NCBI GenBank assembly: GCA_050943215.1
Contig: JBMNOU010000002.1
Coordinates: forward strand, 4,212 to 68,211
DNA: 64,000 nucleotides
Origin: Christensenellales bacterium
GTDB lineage: Bacteria; Bacillota; Clostridia; Christensenellales; SZUA-584
Reading direction: 5' to 3'
Shown piece after piece: positions 18,366-27,307 of this stretch. Under the pieces are notes generated by a model that saw only the letters and a program-made list of their open reading frames with translations, did not search any database and was not told the DNA's origin. Both the position numbers and the translations under genes were made by a program. The number at the start of each line of letters is the position of its first letter. The first letter of the stretch is position 1.

Positions 18366-19043
18366 ATGAGTACAACTGACATGATTAAAAAAAGCGTGCT
18401 CGATAGTTTTCGGTTAATGGGGGAAATCAAAATTGAGGATATCTTGATTACTCTGCTATTAGCATTTATCATCGGCATATTTATGTATATCATATACCGG
18501 GTGACGTTCGGCGGTGTGATTTTATCGAAGAGCTTTGGCACGTCTCTTGTAATGCTATGCATGGTGACGTCTATGGTCATACTGCTGATTTCCAATAATC
18601 TGATGCTTTCTCTTGGCATGGTTGGTGCATTGTCCATCGTCAGGTTTAGGACAGCGGTTAAAGACCCGATGGATACGATATTTATGTTCTGGGCAATTGC
18701 TGCGGGTATTGCACTTGGCGCACAACAATTTGCGATCGCCGGCATTGGTGTTCTGGGGATCGGTTTGCTGATGATCATCTGGAATCTTTTCCGGTCAAAG
18801 AAGAATTTCCCGTTTATGCTAGTGATACGATTTGATGAAAGCTGCAAGAAAGAAGTACAGGCTGTGCTGCGCAAAATGCCGCAGGGCCGGCTAAAATCTA
18901 AGATTGTTTCACAGGGAATGATAGAGCTTACGATAGAAATGAACATCAAAGAAAATGAAGTCGGTATGATCGATGCTTTTTCTACGATTCCTGGTGTGCA
19001 CGATGCATCGCTGATCAGCTATAAAGGCGATGCCATTGCCTAA
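18366..19043 (+). CDS. DUF4956-family integral membrane protein
   Basis: It has several TM helices and the signature LSIVRFRTAVKDPMD. It sits directly after the VTC gene, which is the usual pairing. Confidence 0.75.
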   Translation: MSTTDMIKKSVLDSFRLMGEIKIEDILITLLLAFIIGIFMYIIYRVTFGGVILSKSFGTSLVMLCMVTSMVILLISNNLMLSLGMVGALSIVRFRTAVKDPMDTIFMFWAIAAGIALGAQQFAIAGIGVLGIGLLMIIWNLFRSKKNFPFMLVIRFDESCKKEVQAVLRKMPQGRLKSKIVSQGMIELTIEMNIKENEVGMIDAFSTIPGVHDASLISYKGDAIA

Positions 19044-19068
19044 ACCATCATTTTTTAAAATATTTTTA

Positions 19069-19095
19069 AATACCGCACTAGACTGGTGCGGTATT
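19069..19095. terminator. Hairpin between the convergent DUF4956 and speB genes
   Basis: AATACCGCAC-TAGACTG-GTGCGGTATT is a perfect 10-bp stem in an A/T-rich context. Confidence 0.6.
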
Positions 19096-19208
19096 GCTGA
19101 TTATTGCATTTAAAAATAGCCATATGAATTGGCAGATTGCAACTTGTTGGTATAGTCTGTTTATAATCGGGATTATTCGCCGCGGATTCGCAAACGGTAA
19201 GAATACGA

Positions 19209-20054
19209 TTATCCCAGCATCAGCAGCAGTTCGCGCAATATCTTGCATGCGGTGAGCGTAGAGGCACCGCTTGCGTCGTAATGGGGGGAAAGCTCACAAA
19301 GGTCCGCACCGACAATATGTAAACCCCGCATATTCATGATACACCCCATCAGATCGTCAAATGAAATTCCACCTGCTTCGGGTGTACCCGTCCCCGAAAA
19401 CACCGAAGGATCTAAAACATCAAGGTCTATCGTAAGATATACGGGCTTGCTTTGTGTTTTCTCTAATGCATCATCAATTTTGCTGCAATCAAACATATGC
19501 GTAAAGACATGGGTTTTGCCCCATGTTAATTCTTCTTTTTCCCCAGAACGGATACCGTATTGAAATATCCTATCGTCGCCGACTAGATCCCAAACCCGGC
19601 GTATTACGGTTGCGTGCGATAGCTTCTGTCCGAAATATTGGTCTCTCAAATCTGCGTGCGCATCGAAGTGAATGATGTGCAGATCCGGATAATGGTTAAT
19701 TAATGCGCGAACGGCACCCAATGTGACAAGATGCTCTCCGCCTATCATCACTGGCAGCTTGCTGTCGGCTGCAATCCTGCCTGTGCTTTGTTCTATGGTA
19801 TCAAGTACCGTCTGCGTGTTGCCGAATGGCAATTCTAAATCGCCGATATCGCATATAGGCAGATCAGCCAGGTCTTTATCCTGATATGGGCTATATGTCT
19901 CGATACCATCCCCGCTGCCGAGGCGCATTGACTGAGGCGCAAAGCGAGCGCCCGGACGAAATGATACCGTACCGTCAAAAGGCGCACCGAATAAAACTAT
20001 CTCTGCATCCGCGTATTCGCTGTCGCAACCTATAAAATTCAAAACATTACTCAT
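19209..20054 (-). CDS. speB: Agmatinase
   Basis: Ureohydrolase motifs are present (GGEHLVT, DAHADL, DLDVLDP). It is the last gene of the polyamine operon. Confidence 0.9.
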   Translation of the reverse strand: MSNVLNFIGCDSEYADAEIVLFGAPFDGTVSFRPGARFAPQSMRLGSGDGIETYSPYQDKDLADLPICDIGDLELPFGNTQTVLDTIEQSTGRIAADSKLPVMIGGEHLVTLGAVRALINHYPDLHIIHFDAHADLRDQYFGQKLSHATVIRRVWDLVGDDRIFQYGIRSGEKEELTWGKTHVFTHMFDCSKIDDALEKTQSKPVYLTIDLDVLDPSVFSGTGTPEAGGISFDDLMGCIMNMRGLHIVGADLCELSPHYDASGASTLTACKILRELLLMLG

Positions 20055-20904
20055 AATCTAGATTTTCCAGCATCTCGAGTACATAGTTTGGCAGTGCGAA
20101 CGCTGCCTTGTGCAACGCCGTATTGTAATACCGGGTTTCCAGTCCCAAAGCGCACCATTTTTTTTCATCGAGGTTGTCGATCGGGTCTATCGACTTTGAA
20201 GCAAAACCAAATAGCCAATGCCCCGAGGGGTATGTGGGGATGTGTGCCTGATATACGCGGCAAATCGGAAAGAATTCACGTATTCTTTTATGTGCTCTTA
20301 TCATGCTGTTTGCATACGCCTCATAATATGGGCTTTCATGCTGGTTAACGAGAATGCCTTTTTCAGTCAGCGCGTTATAGCAGTTGCCATAGAATTCCTT
20401 TGTAAACAGCCCTTCGCCCGGCCCGAAAGGATCGGTCGAATCGACGATAATAAGATCGTAAGCGTTTTGTTTGGAACGCACAAACCGAAGGCCGTCCTCA
20501 TAGTGGATACTAACGCGCGCGTCTTTAAGATGGCACGAAAGCTGGGGGAGGTATTCAAGGCATACGCTAACCACCTTTTTATCAATCTCCACCATATCGA
20601 TATGCGCAACAGACTGATACCGCGTCAGTTCGCGAATCGTTCCGCCGTCTCCCGCGCCGATCACCAGAATATTCCTAATGCTCGGATTAGCAGCCATCGG
20701 TACGTGAACGATCATATCATGATAGATAAATTCATCTTTTTCGGTTGCCATCATCAGTCCATCCAGCGTCAGGAACCGCCCGAACTCGTCCGATTCAAAC
20801 ACATCGATCTGCTGAAATTCACTGCGTCCGCTGTAAAGCTGCCGCTTGATTTTTATTGAAAACCGTACGGAATCCGTATGCTCTTCCGTATACCACAGTT
20901 CCAT
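20047..20904 (-). CDS. speE: Spermidine synthase
   Basis: MELWYTE..., VIGAGDGGTIRE and IIVDSTDP are spermidine synthase signatures. Confidence 0.92.
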   Translation of the reverse strand: MELWYTEEHTDSVRFSIKIKRQLYSGRSEFQQIDVFESDEFGRFLTLDGLMMATEKDEFIYHDMIVHVPMAANPSIRNILVIGAGDGGTIRELTRYQSVAHIDMVEIDKKVVSVCLEYLPQLSCHLKDARVSIHYEDGLRFVRSKQNAYDLIIVDSTDPFGPGEGLFTKEFYGNCYNALTEKGILVNQHESPYYEAYANSMIRAHKRIREFFPICRVYQAHIPTYPSGHWLFGFASKSIDPIDNLDEKKWCALGLETRYYNTALHKAAFALPNYVLEMLENLDYE

Positions 20905-20919
20905 TATATCACCTCAACG

Positions 20920-22395
20920 TTAAATAATTATTTTAATAAATGCCATATCCATATCTTCAGCGCCTGTCAGCAGCGCGCCTTTTTGTTTGGCGTAGAGTAT
21001 ATAGTTGATGATTTCCTTTGTGATCACTTCGCCCGGTGCTATGATCGGTATGCCAGGAGGATAGCACATGACAAATTCTCCGCTGATGGCCCCTACACTT
21101 TTATTTAATGGTACACTTTTTTTCTGGGCATAGAATGCCTGCTTTGGAGACATCTTGACCATGGGAGAGATATATTCGTGGTCAAACATGTCGGAACGAT
21201 GCCCAGGTTTTAACCGCTTGATTTCAGCCAGAGCCGCAACCAGTCTCTCGATTGCCAGAGTAGAATCACCAACCGAAATAATCGCTAAAAAATTAGCGAC
21301 GTCTCCAAATTCTATTTGAATAGAATACTCATCGCGCAATATATCATAGACTTCGAAGCCAGCAAGGCCTAGATTTAATGTGTTGATACTAAGCTTGGTG
21401 CGGTCAAAATCATACACTGCCGGTCCCGCTATCTCGCTTGAAAATGCGTAGTATCCGCCGATCGTATTGATCTCGCGCCGTGCATATTCCGCGAGGCTTA
21501 GTACTTTATCAAACATCGCCATACCGTTTATCGCCAGATTCTTTCTCGCAATATCCAGGGATGAGAGCAGCAGGTATGACGCGCTGGTCGTCTGCGTCAG
21601 ATTGATAACAATGCGGACATGATCGACATTGACACGTGCGCAGTTCACCAGTAGCATTGAACTTTGAGTCAATGAACCGCCTGTTTTATGTACGCTGACG
21701 GCTGCCATATCTGCCCCAAGATGCATGGCAGCATCCGGAAGGTCATCATGGAAATAAAACTGCGTACCGTGCGCTTCATCGGCCAGCACGAGCATGCCGT
21801 GGTGGTGCGCTATATCAATAATCCGGGTTAGTTCTGAGCAGATGCCATAGTAAGTCGGGTTGTTTACAAAAACAGCTTTGGCATCCGGATTCTCTCGTAT
21901 TGCGTTTTCCACATCTTTAGCCGTCATGCCAAGCGGGATACCGAGCTGTGGGTGGATACCGGGATTCACGTACACGGGGACGGCACCACATAGTATCAAT
22001 GCATTGATGGCACTTCTGTGAACATTCCTCGGCATAATTATCTTATCATGTTCACCACAGCAGCTAAGAATCATTGCCTGGACGGAGGATGTTGTTCCAC
22101 CAACCAAAAAAAAGGCGCTGTCGCACCCAAACGCATCGGCGGCAAGCGCTTCAGCTTCTTTAATGACGGATATAGGATGGCACAAATTGTCGAGGGGCTT
22201 CATCGAGTTGACATCGATGGAAACGCATTTTTCTCCTAAAAAATCGCGCAGCTCGGGCGTGCCCCTGCCTTGCTTGTGCCCCGGCACGTCAAACGGCACG
22301 ACACGCCGGCGCTTATAGGCTTGTAATGCGGACAGTATTGGCGTTTTTGTCTGATCCGCATTATTTTGCCGGTTATTTGTAGATGTTCGTTCCAT
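20920..22395 (-). CDS. speA: PLP-dependent Orn/Lys/Arg decarboxylase family protein, probably arginine decarboxylase
   Basis: The fold-I decarboxylase major domain includes the PLP lysine context SVHKTGG. The operon context with agmatinase supports arginine as substrate. Confidence 0.8.
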   Translation of the reverse strand: MERTSTNNRQNNADQTKTPILSALQAYKRRRVVPFDVPGHKQGRGTPELRDFLGEKCVSIDVNSMKPLDNLCHPISVIKEAEALAADAFGCDSAFFLVGGTTSSVQAMILSCCGEHDKIIMPRNVHRSAINALILCGAVPVYVNPGIHPQLGIPLGMTAKDVENAIRENPDAKAVFVNNPTYYGICSELTRIIDIAHHHGMLVLADEAHGTQFYFHDDLPDAAMHLGADMAAVSVHKTGGSLTQSSMLLVNCARVNVDHVRIVINLTQTTSASYLLLSSLDIARKNLAINGMAMFDKVLSLAEYARREINTIGGYYAFSSEIAGPAVYDFDRTKLSINTLNLGLAGFEVYDILRDEYSIQIEFGDVANFLAIISVGDSTLAIERLVAALAEIKRLKPGHRSDMFDHEYISPMVKMSPKQAFYAQKKSVPLNKSVGAISGEFVMCYPPGIPIIAPGEVITKEIINYILYAKQKGALLTGAEDMDMAFIKIII

Positions 22396-23194
22396 AATAT
22401 ATCTCGATCATCTCTCTGTAGAGTTTATCGCGGATTTGCCGTCTCTTTTCAGGCTTTAAATCATATACATCCGTGTTAAATAGGTAATTGCTAAGGTCAA
22501 TTTCCTTTCTGATCATCTTTGTATGAAAAATGTTTGACTGATATACGTTAACGTCGATCGCGTCGTATGCGTTTAGCGTATCGGTATTTATAAAGTTCTG
22601 TATCGAATTGATCTCATGATCGATATAATACTTGTTGCCGTTGACATCGCGGGTAAACCCTCGAACGCGGTAATCAATGGAAATGATATCCGAATCAAAA
22701 CTAGAAATCAGAAAATCAAGCGCCTTTAGGGGTGAGATTCTCCCGCAGGTGGATACATCAATATCCACCCTGAATGTCGTAATATCTTTTTCCGGATGAA
22801 ACTCAGGATAAGTGTGCACTGTTACATGGCTTTTGTCAAGATGCGCAAGCACGCTGTCTTTCGCGTTTTCGAATACAATTTTGCCTTTGTTGCAGCTTGG
22901 GTCGATCACATGCTTGGCAATTGCCTCTTCCGTGATCAATATCGCTGCGCTGGCGCCCTGGGGTTCATAATCCTGCTTGGATATATTTAATACATGGGCA
23001 CCTATCATATCCGTTACTGTGCAAAGGATATTGGTCAACCGTTCTGAATTATACTGTTCATCTATATATATAAGATAATGGTTTTTATCTTTTTGGGATT
23101 CTGCATAACAAACATCATAGATGTTAAAGCTCAAAGACTTGGTAAGATTGTTAAAACCGTAAAGCGTTATTTTTTTATCCAATTTTGTATCCAC
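22373..23194 (-). CDS. speD: S-adenosylmethionine decarboxylase proenzyme (E. coli-type long form)
   Basis: [17 protein letters not shown]...DYEPQGASA...VTVHTYPE closely parallels E. coli SpeD. The start may be the TTG at 23182 rather than the GTG at 23194. Confidence 0.88.
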   Translation of the reverse strand: MDTKLDKKITLYGFNNLTKSLSFNIYDVCYAESQKDKNHYLIYIDEQYNSERLTNILCTVTDMIGAHVLNISKQDYEPQGASAAILITEEAIAKHVIDPSCNKGKIVFENAKDSVLAHLDKSHVTVHTYPEFHPEKDITTFRVDIDVSTCGRISPLKALDFLISSFDSDIISIDYRVRGFTRDVNGNKYYIDHEINSIQNFINTDTLNAYDAIDVNVYQSNIFHTKMIRKEIDLSNYLFNTDVYDLKPEKRRQIRDKLYREMIEIYYGTNIYK

Positions 23195-23404
23195 GTCCTT
23201 TGTTGTTTTGAAAAAATAATATCACAAATGAATTAAAAATCAACATTAAATTACTTTATTATTTTTTATCAAAATATATGTAAAAATTCATAAATAATAT
23301 AACATTGTTTTTTTAACAATGGAATTATTTTAAAATTAATATTGACAAAAGCAATGAATTATAGTTAGATACACATGTAGATAACTAAGGAGGTAGTACT
23401 GTAT

Positions 23405-23767
23405 ATGGATTTTGACAGCGATATGCCTATATATATTCAGGTCGCTGAAGAACTCGAAAATGCTATATTGTCGGGCGCATCTAAAGAAGGAACACAAGTG
23501 CCTTCTACCACGGAAATATCAGTAAGATACAAGATTAACCCGGCAACTGCTCTTAAAGGCATCAGTAAATTAGCGGATGACGGGATCCTGTATAAGAAAA
23601 GAGGGATTGGTATGTTTGTAGCCAAAGGAGCAAAGGAAAAGCTAAAGCTAAAGAGGAAACAACTGTTTTTTGAAAGCTATGTAATGCCGCTTATATCCGA
23701 GGCAAATAAGCTTTCAATCGAAAGGAGGGACATTGAAGAAATGATAAAGCGAGGATTTGAAAAATGA
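23405..23767 (+). CDS. GntR-family (YtrA-subfamily) transcriptional regulator
   Basis: It is a short 120-aa wHTH protein (PIYIQV...LPSTTEISVRYKINPATALKGISKL). It leads an ABC operon. Confidence 0.85.
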   Translation: MDFDSDMPIYIQVAEELENAILSGASKEGTQVPSTTEISVRYKINPATALKGISKLADDGILYKKRGIGMFVAKGAKEKLKLKRKQLFFESYVMPLISEANKLSIERRDIEEMIKRGFEK

Positions 23768-24615
23768 GTTGTATCGAAATCAAAAACATAACAAAACAAT
23801 TTGGCAGCACGATAGCCCTTAAAGATGTTTCTCTAAAATTCGAAGGAAATAAGATCTACGGGCTGCTAGGTAGAAATGGCGCCGGAAAATCGACACTGCT
23901 CAATCTGATTACTAACAGATTGTTCCCTACATCCGGAGAGATATATGTTGATGGTGAAAATATACGGGAAAATGGCGAGGCCATTTCAAAAATATACAAC
24001 ATGAGCGAAAAAAATCTTTATCCCGAAACAATGAAAATAAAAGAAGCTTTTCGATGGTCAAAAGTTTTTTATCCTAATATGGACATGGAATATGCGTTAA
24101 AACTCGCGGATAAATTCGCACTTAGCCTAAAAAAGAAGGTTAAAGAGCTGTCAACAGGATATGCTTCAGTGTTTAAGATTATTATTGCGCTATCAAGTAA
24201 CGCGCCAATCCTGCTGTTAGACGAGCCGGTCCTTGGCCTGGATGCAAACTTCCGTGATCTTTTCTATAAAGAGCTGATATCATGTTATAGCAAAACCCCA
24301 AAAACCATAGTGATATCAACGCATTTAATCGAAGAGGCAGAAGGCGTGCTTGAGGACGTCGCAATTATTAAAAACGGGCAAGTTATACTAAAAGACACGA
24401 CACAGAATATTTTATCAAAGGGATATACGGTGACTGGACCGGAATGTTTTGTCAACAGTTTTGTTCAAGGAAAGAACGTCCTCGGTTTCGATATGCTTGG
24501 CGGTATCAAAAGCGCATATCTTCTAGAATCACTTAATAAAAATGCAGTTCCTGGGAATCTCGAGGTATCGGCAATGAAACTACAGGATCTGTTTATCCAT
24601 TTGACAAATGCTTAA
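23764..24615 (+). CDS. ABC transporter ATP-binding protein
   Basis: Walker A GRNGAGKST, signature LSTGYAS and Walker B ILLLDEP are present. Confidence 0.9.
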   Translation: MSCIEIKNITKQFGSTIALKDVSLKFEGNKIYGLLGRNGAGKSTLLNLITNRLFPTSGEIYVDGENIRENGEAISKIYNMSEKNLYPETMKIKEAFRWSKVFYPNMDMEYALKLADKFALSLKKKVKELSTGYASVFKIIIALSSNAPILLLDEPVLGLDANFRDLFYKELISCYSKTPKTIVISTHLIEEAEGVLEDVAIIKNGQVILKDTTQNILSKGYTVTGPECFVNSFVQGKNVLGFDMLGGIKSAYLLESLNKNAVPGNLEVSAMKLQDLFIHLTNA

Positions 24616-24630
24616 AAGGAGGAAAATAAA

Positions 24631-25371
24631 ATGAATTTTAAATCTGCCTTAAAATATCAGCTATACGGAATGAGAAGGCCGTTAATTGTGTTTTATATTG
24701 TAATTTATTCTCTTATTATATTAATCGCGATAATGAGGGCCGTGTTAGATCGTAATAACGTAAATGCCCTTACTAGCGGACTCGAGATGGCTTCAATTAT
24801 CTTTATTTTTATCACCGGGCTTAATTCTTTTAGGTCTCCTTTTCATATGTTCCTTGCCAACGGGGTCTCAAGACAAACTATGTTTAAAAGCTTTGCAGCG
24901 GCGGTCGTGCCTGTGGCAGCAGGGATGGCGTTGCTCGATAGCATCAATAGTAAAGTATTGTCATCGATTGTTAATTACAGGTCTATGTATTTTGTGATAT
25001 ATCAGAACCGGTATGACGGACCTTTGGCTCAGGCCTTCTTTGAAGGGTTGCTGTGGATGTTTTTCTGTTACATTGCAGCTGCAATGGTCGGTTTTTTTAT
25101 CACGACACTATATTATCGGATGAGCAAGCCAACAAAGCTTGTCGTTTCAATTGGCGTACCCGTATTGTTTTTATTCATCTTACCTTATATCGATGGGATT
25201 TTTCTCAATAGCGTTATATTTAGGTTAATCGGAACAATTTTCGCTAAAGCAGGGGGGTTTTTGGATGGCTTTAATCCATATATATCAATGGTTTCAAATA
25301 TAATCATCTATGGCGGATTTGGGGCTTTGAGCTTTTTATTAATGAGAAAGGCTACTGTAAAGGAATCTTAA
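24631..25371 (+). CDS. ABC-2-like membrane permease component (hypothetical)
   Basis: It is a 246-aa protein with about 6 TM helices, immediately downstream of the ATPase. Confidence 0.6.
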   Translation: MNFKSALKYQLYGMRRPLIVFYIVIYSLIILIAIMRAVLDRNNVNALTSGLEMASIIFIFITGLNSFRSPFHMFLANGVSRQTMFKSFAAAVVPVAAGMALLDSINSKVLSSIVNYRSMYFVIYQNRYDGPLAQAFFEGLLWMFFCYIAAAMVGFFITTLYYRMSKPTKLVVSIGVPVLFLFILPYIDGIFLNSVIFRLIGTIFAKAGGFLDGFNPYISMVSNIIIYGGFGALSFLLMRKATVKES

Positions 25372-25396
25372 AGGGGCGGCCTGCCGCCTTTTTATA
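25372..25396 (+). terminator. Rho-independent terminator of the GntR-ABC operon
   Basis: AAGGGGCGGC-CT-GCCGCCTTTTT is a GC stem followed by a T-run. Confidence 0.75.
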
Positions 25397-25417
25397 TATC
25401 TTAAGATTATCTATCCT

Positions 25418-25949
25418 TCAAGCCACCCTCACACAATTTTTTCCGCTTTGTTTTGCATAATATATAGCATTCTCCAATTGTTCCTGTTGGCTATGTATAC
25501 GCTTTTGCTGGGTAATATTAATAAAGTTATACCGTCACATGATAACGGATATTAAAAATGCGGCGCCTGCTGTTGTCAGTCCGTTCGTTCTGTTGGATAA
25601 TAATATGTGATTTGCCTGATCCGCAAGACTAATTAAGAAAAAGACGCTGCATAAGACGATAAGAATATCAGCAGTGAATACAAAGGGGTGAAAAGTATAA
25701 CGGTCGCGACAATCGCGCAGGCGATAATATAAGGCGTGATATTGCTAGTAACCCATTGGTCTACCGTTGCAATAATGACTCCGTGAGCAAGAAAAGCGCA
25801 GACAATAATGTATTGCAACAGATAACTTGACGTTCCCGGATTTGCCCGGTACTTGGTTCTCTTCTGGTGATAAAAGCACAATCTTTCGCAATTTCTCTGT
25901 TCCGCTTACTGGCCTCCATTGTTAAACAGTAAATTCTTCGTACCAGCAT
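25418..25949 (-). pseudogene. Decayed diguanylate cyclase (GGDEF) gene: N-terminal membrane segment plus C-terminal tail, middle missing
   Basis: On the minus strand, 25418-25534 reads ...QQEQLENAIYYAKQSGKNCVRVA*, a typical GGDEF C-terminal motif. The 25633-25949 region encodes frame-shifted TM-helix fragments. No intact ORF spans the region. Confidence 0.45.
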
Positions 25950-26139
25950 TACGAACTTTTTTTATATCATTTGCTTTATTTATGAAACTGAAGAAATGAA
26001 GTGATGGAAGCACGTATGATATATTATAATGCTTTTATAGAAAATTCAAATTATTTATTTAAGCTTGAAGATTATGATTCAGAATAACATTCGGTATGAT
26101 AAAATATAGCCAAGAGTTAATAAGTGAAATGGAGCGCCT

Positions 26140-27240
26140 ATGAAAAGAATACTCTTTATTTTGATCATTGCAGCGGTACTCATTGTAACCGGGTATGTAC
26201 TAGCCGCATCTGCCGATATACCTTCCGAAATATCAGATAAACCTACTGATATCAACGAAATAGGCATAGCCGGTATGAAGACATTTATACCCGAGCGTAA
26301 GATAACAGATGCTGTGGATTCTAGCCAGACGTATAGCTACGAGCAGATGCTTTCGGACGCACAAACGCTTAAGACCCTTTATCCGGATTTGATCGGAACT
26401 AAGTCCATAGGAAAATCTGTTGAGGGACGCGATATATTGCTGATCAAATTTGGTAAAGGGGAAAAAAAGATACTGCTTCTGGGCGCACACCATGCGCGCG
26501 AATATATATCCTCTACATTTTTGATGGAAACGGTCGACCAATATGCGCAGGGCTATGCATGCTCGTCTTTTTACGGTAGTTATGACATAAAGGCATTGCT
26601 CGATCAAGTAACCGTTTATATTGTACCGATGATAAACCCTGATGGTGTCAACCTCGTGCAAAACGGCATCGATTCGGTAAAAGACCCTAAAAATGTCAAA
26701 AGTATGCGCATGCTTCAGGATAGTTATGATAAATGGAAGGCGAATATAAACGGTGTTGACCTTAACCGACAGTATCCCTGCCATTGGGATGAAAAAGAAA
26801 GCAATACGGATGTGCCAAGCTCCGAAAAGTTTAAGGGATATGCGCCTGCAACTGAGCCTGAGGTAAAGGCAATTATGGCGCTTTGCAACGATAATGCGTT
26901 TATCCTCGCAGCATCGCTCCATACCAAAGGCGAGGTTATCTATTGGGCTGACAGCGGTACGAATGATGTGATCGAGGCCGGCTCTTCGATGGCGGAGACT
27001 CTTTCCGATGTGACTGGCTACAAACTGATGCCCGTCTCGGAGGATCCAGCTGTGTACGGCGCCGGATTTGAAAACTGGTTTAGGCAGGAATTTGCGCGCC
27101 CGGCTTTCTGCGTTGAGCTGACGCCTGTGGGCAATGGCGCAACACCGCATGAAGATAAGGATTTTGAAACATTAATATGGGATAAAGCGAAATATCTGTG
27201 CGTTACGCTTATTGCACGGGGTGCAGAATCATCCCTTTAA
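26140..27240 (+). CDS. Secreted M14-family zinc carboxypeptidase (gamma-D-glutamyl-meso-diaminopimelate peptidase-like)
   Basis: A signal peptide is present, together with GKSVEGRDILLIKFG...LLGAHHAREY and the PMINPDG motif. Confidence 0.8.
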   Translation: MKRILFILIIAAVLIVTGYVLAASADIPSEISDKPTDINEIGIAGMKTFIPERKITDAVDSSQTYSYEQMLSDAQTLKTLYPDLIGTKSIGKSVEGRDILLIKFGKGEKKILLLGAHHAREYISSTFLMETVDQYAQGYACSSFYGSYDIKALLDQVTVYIVPMINPDGVNLVQNGIDSVKDPKNVKSMRMLQDSYDKWKANINGVDLNRQYPCHWDEKESNTDVPSSEKFKGYAPATEPEVKAIMALCNDNAFILAASLHTKGEVIYWADSGTNDVIEAGSSMAETLSDVTGYKLMPVSEDPAVYGAGFENWFRQEFARPAFCVELTPVGNGATPHEDKDFETLIWDKAKYLCVTLIARGAESSL

Positions 27241-27307
27241 GGTATTATATTATTGTTTTGAGTTAAAATATTAGGCAAACCTTTGCGCTACTACGAGGAG
27301 GCGTGGT

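Noticed and set aside
18110-18949. A 279-aa minus-strand ORF covering the end of the VTC gene and most of the DUF4956 gene.
   Set aside because: It is fully antisense to two genes with clear family signatures. The translation is low-complexity (Ser/Ile/Thr/Asn rich) with no motifs or SD. It is a typical shadow ORF.
26233-27150. A 305-aa minus-strand ORF inside the M14 peptidase gene.
   Set aside because: It is antisense to a gene with clear M14 motifs. It is Arg/Cys/His-rich with no recognisable domain.
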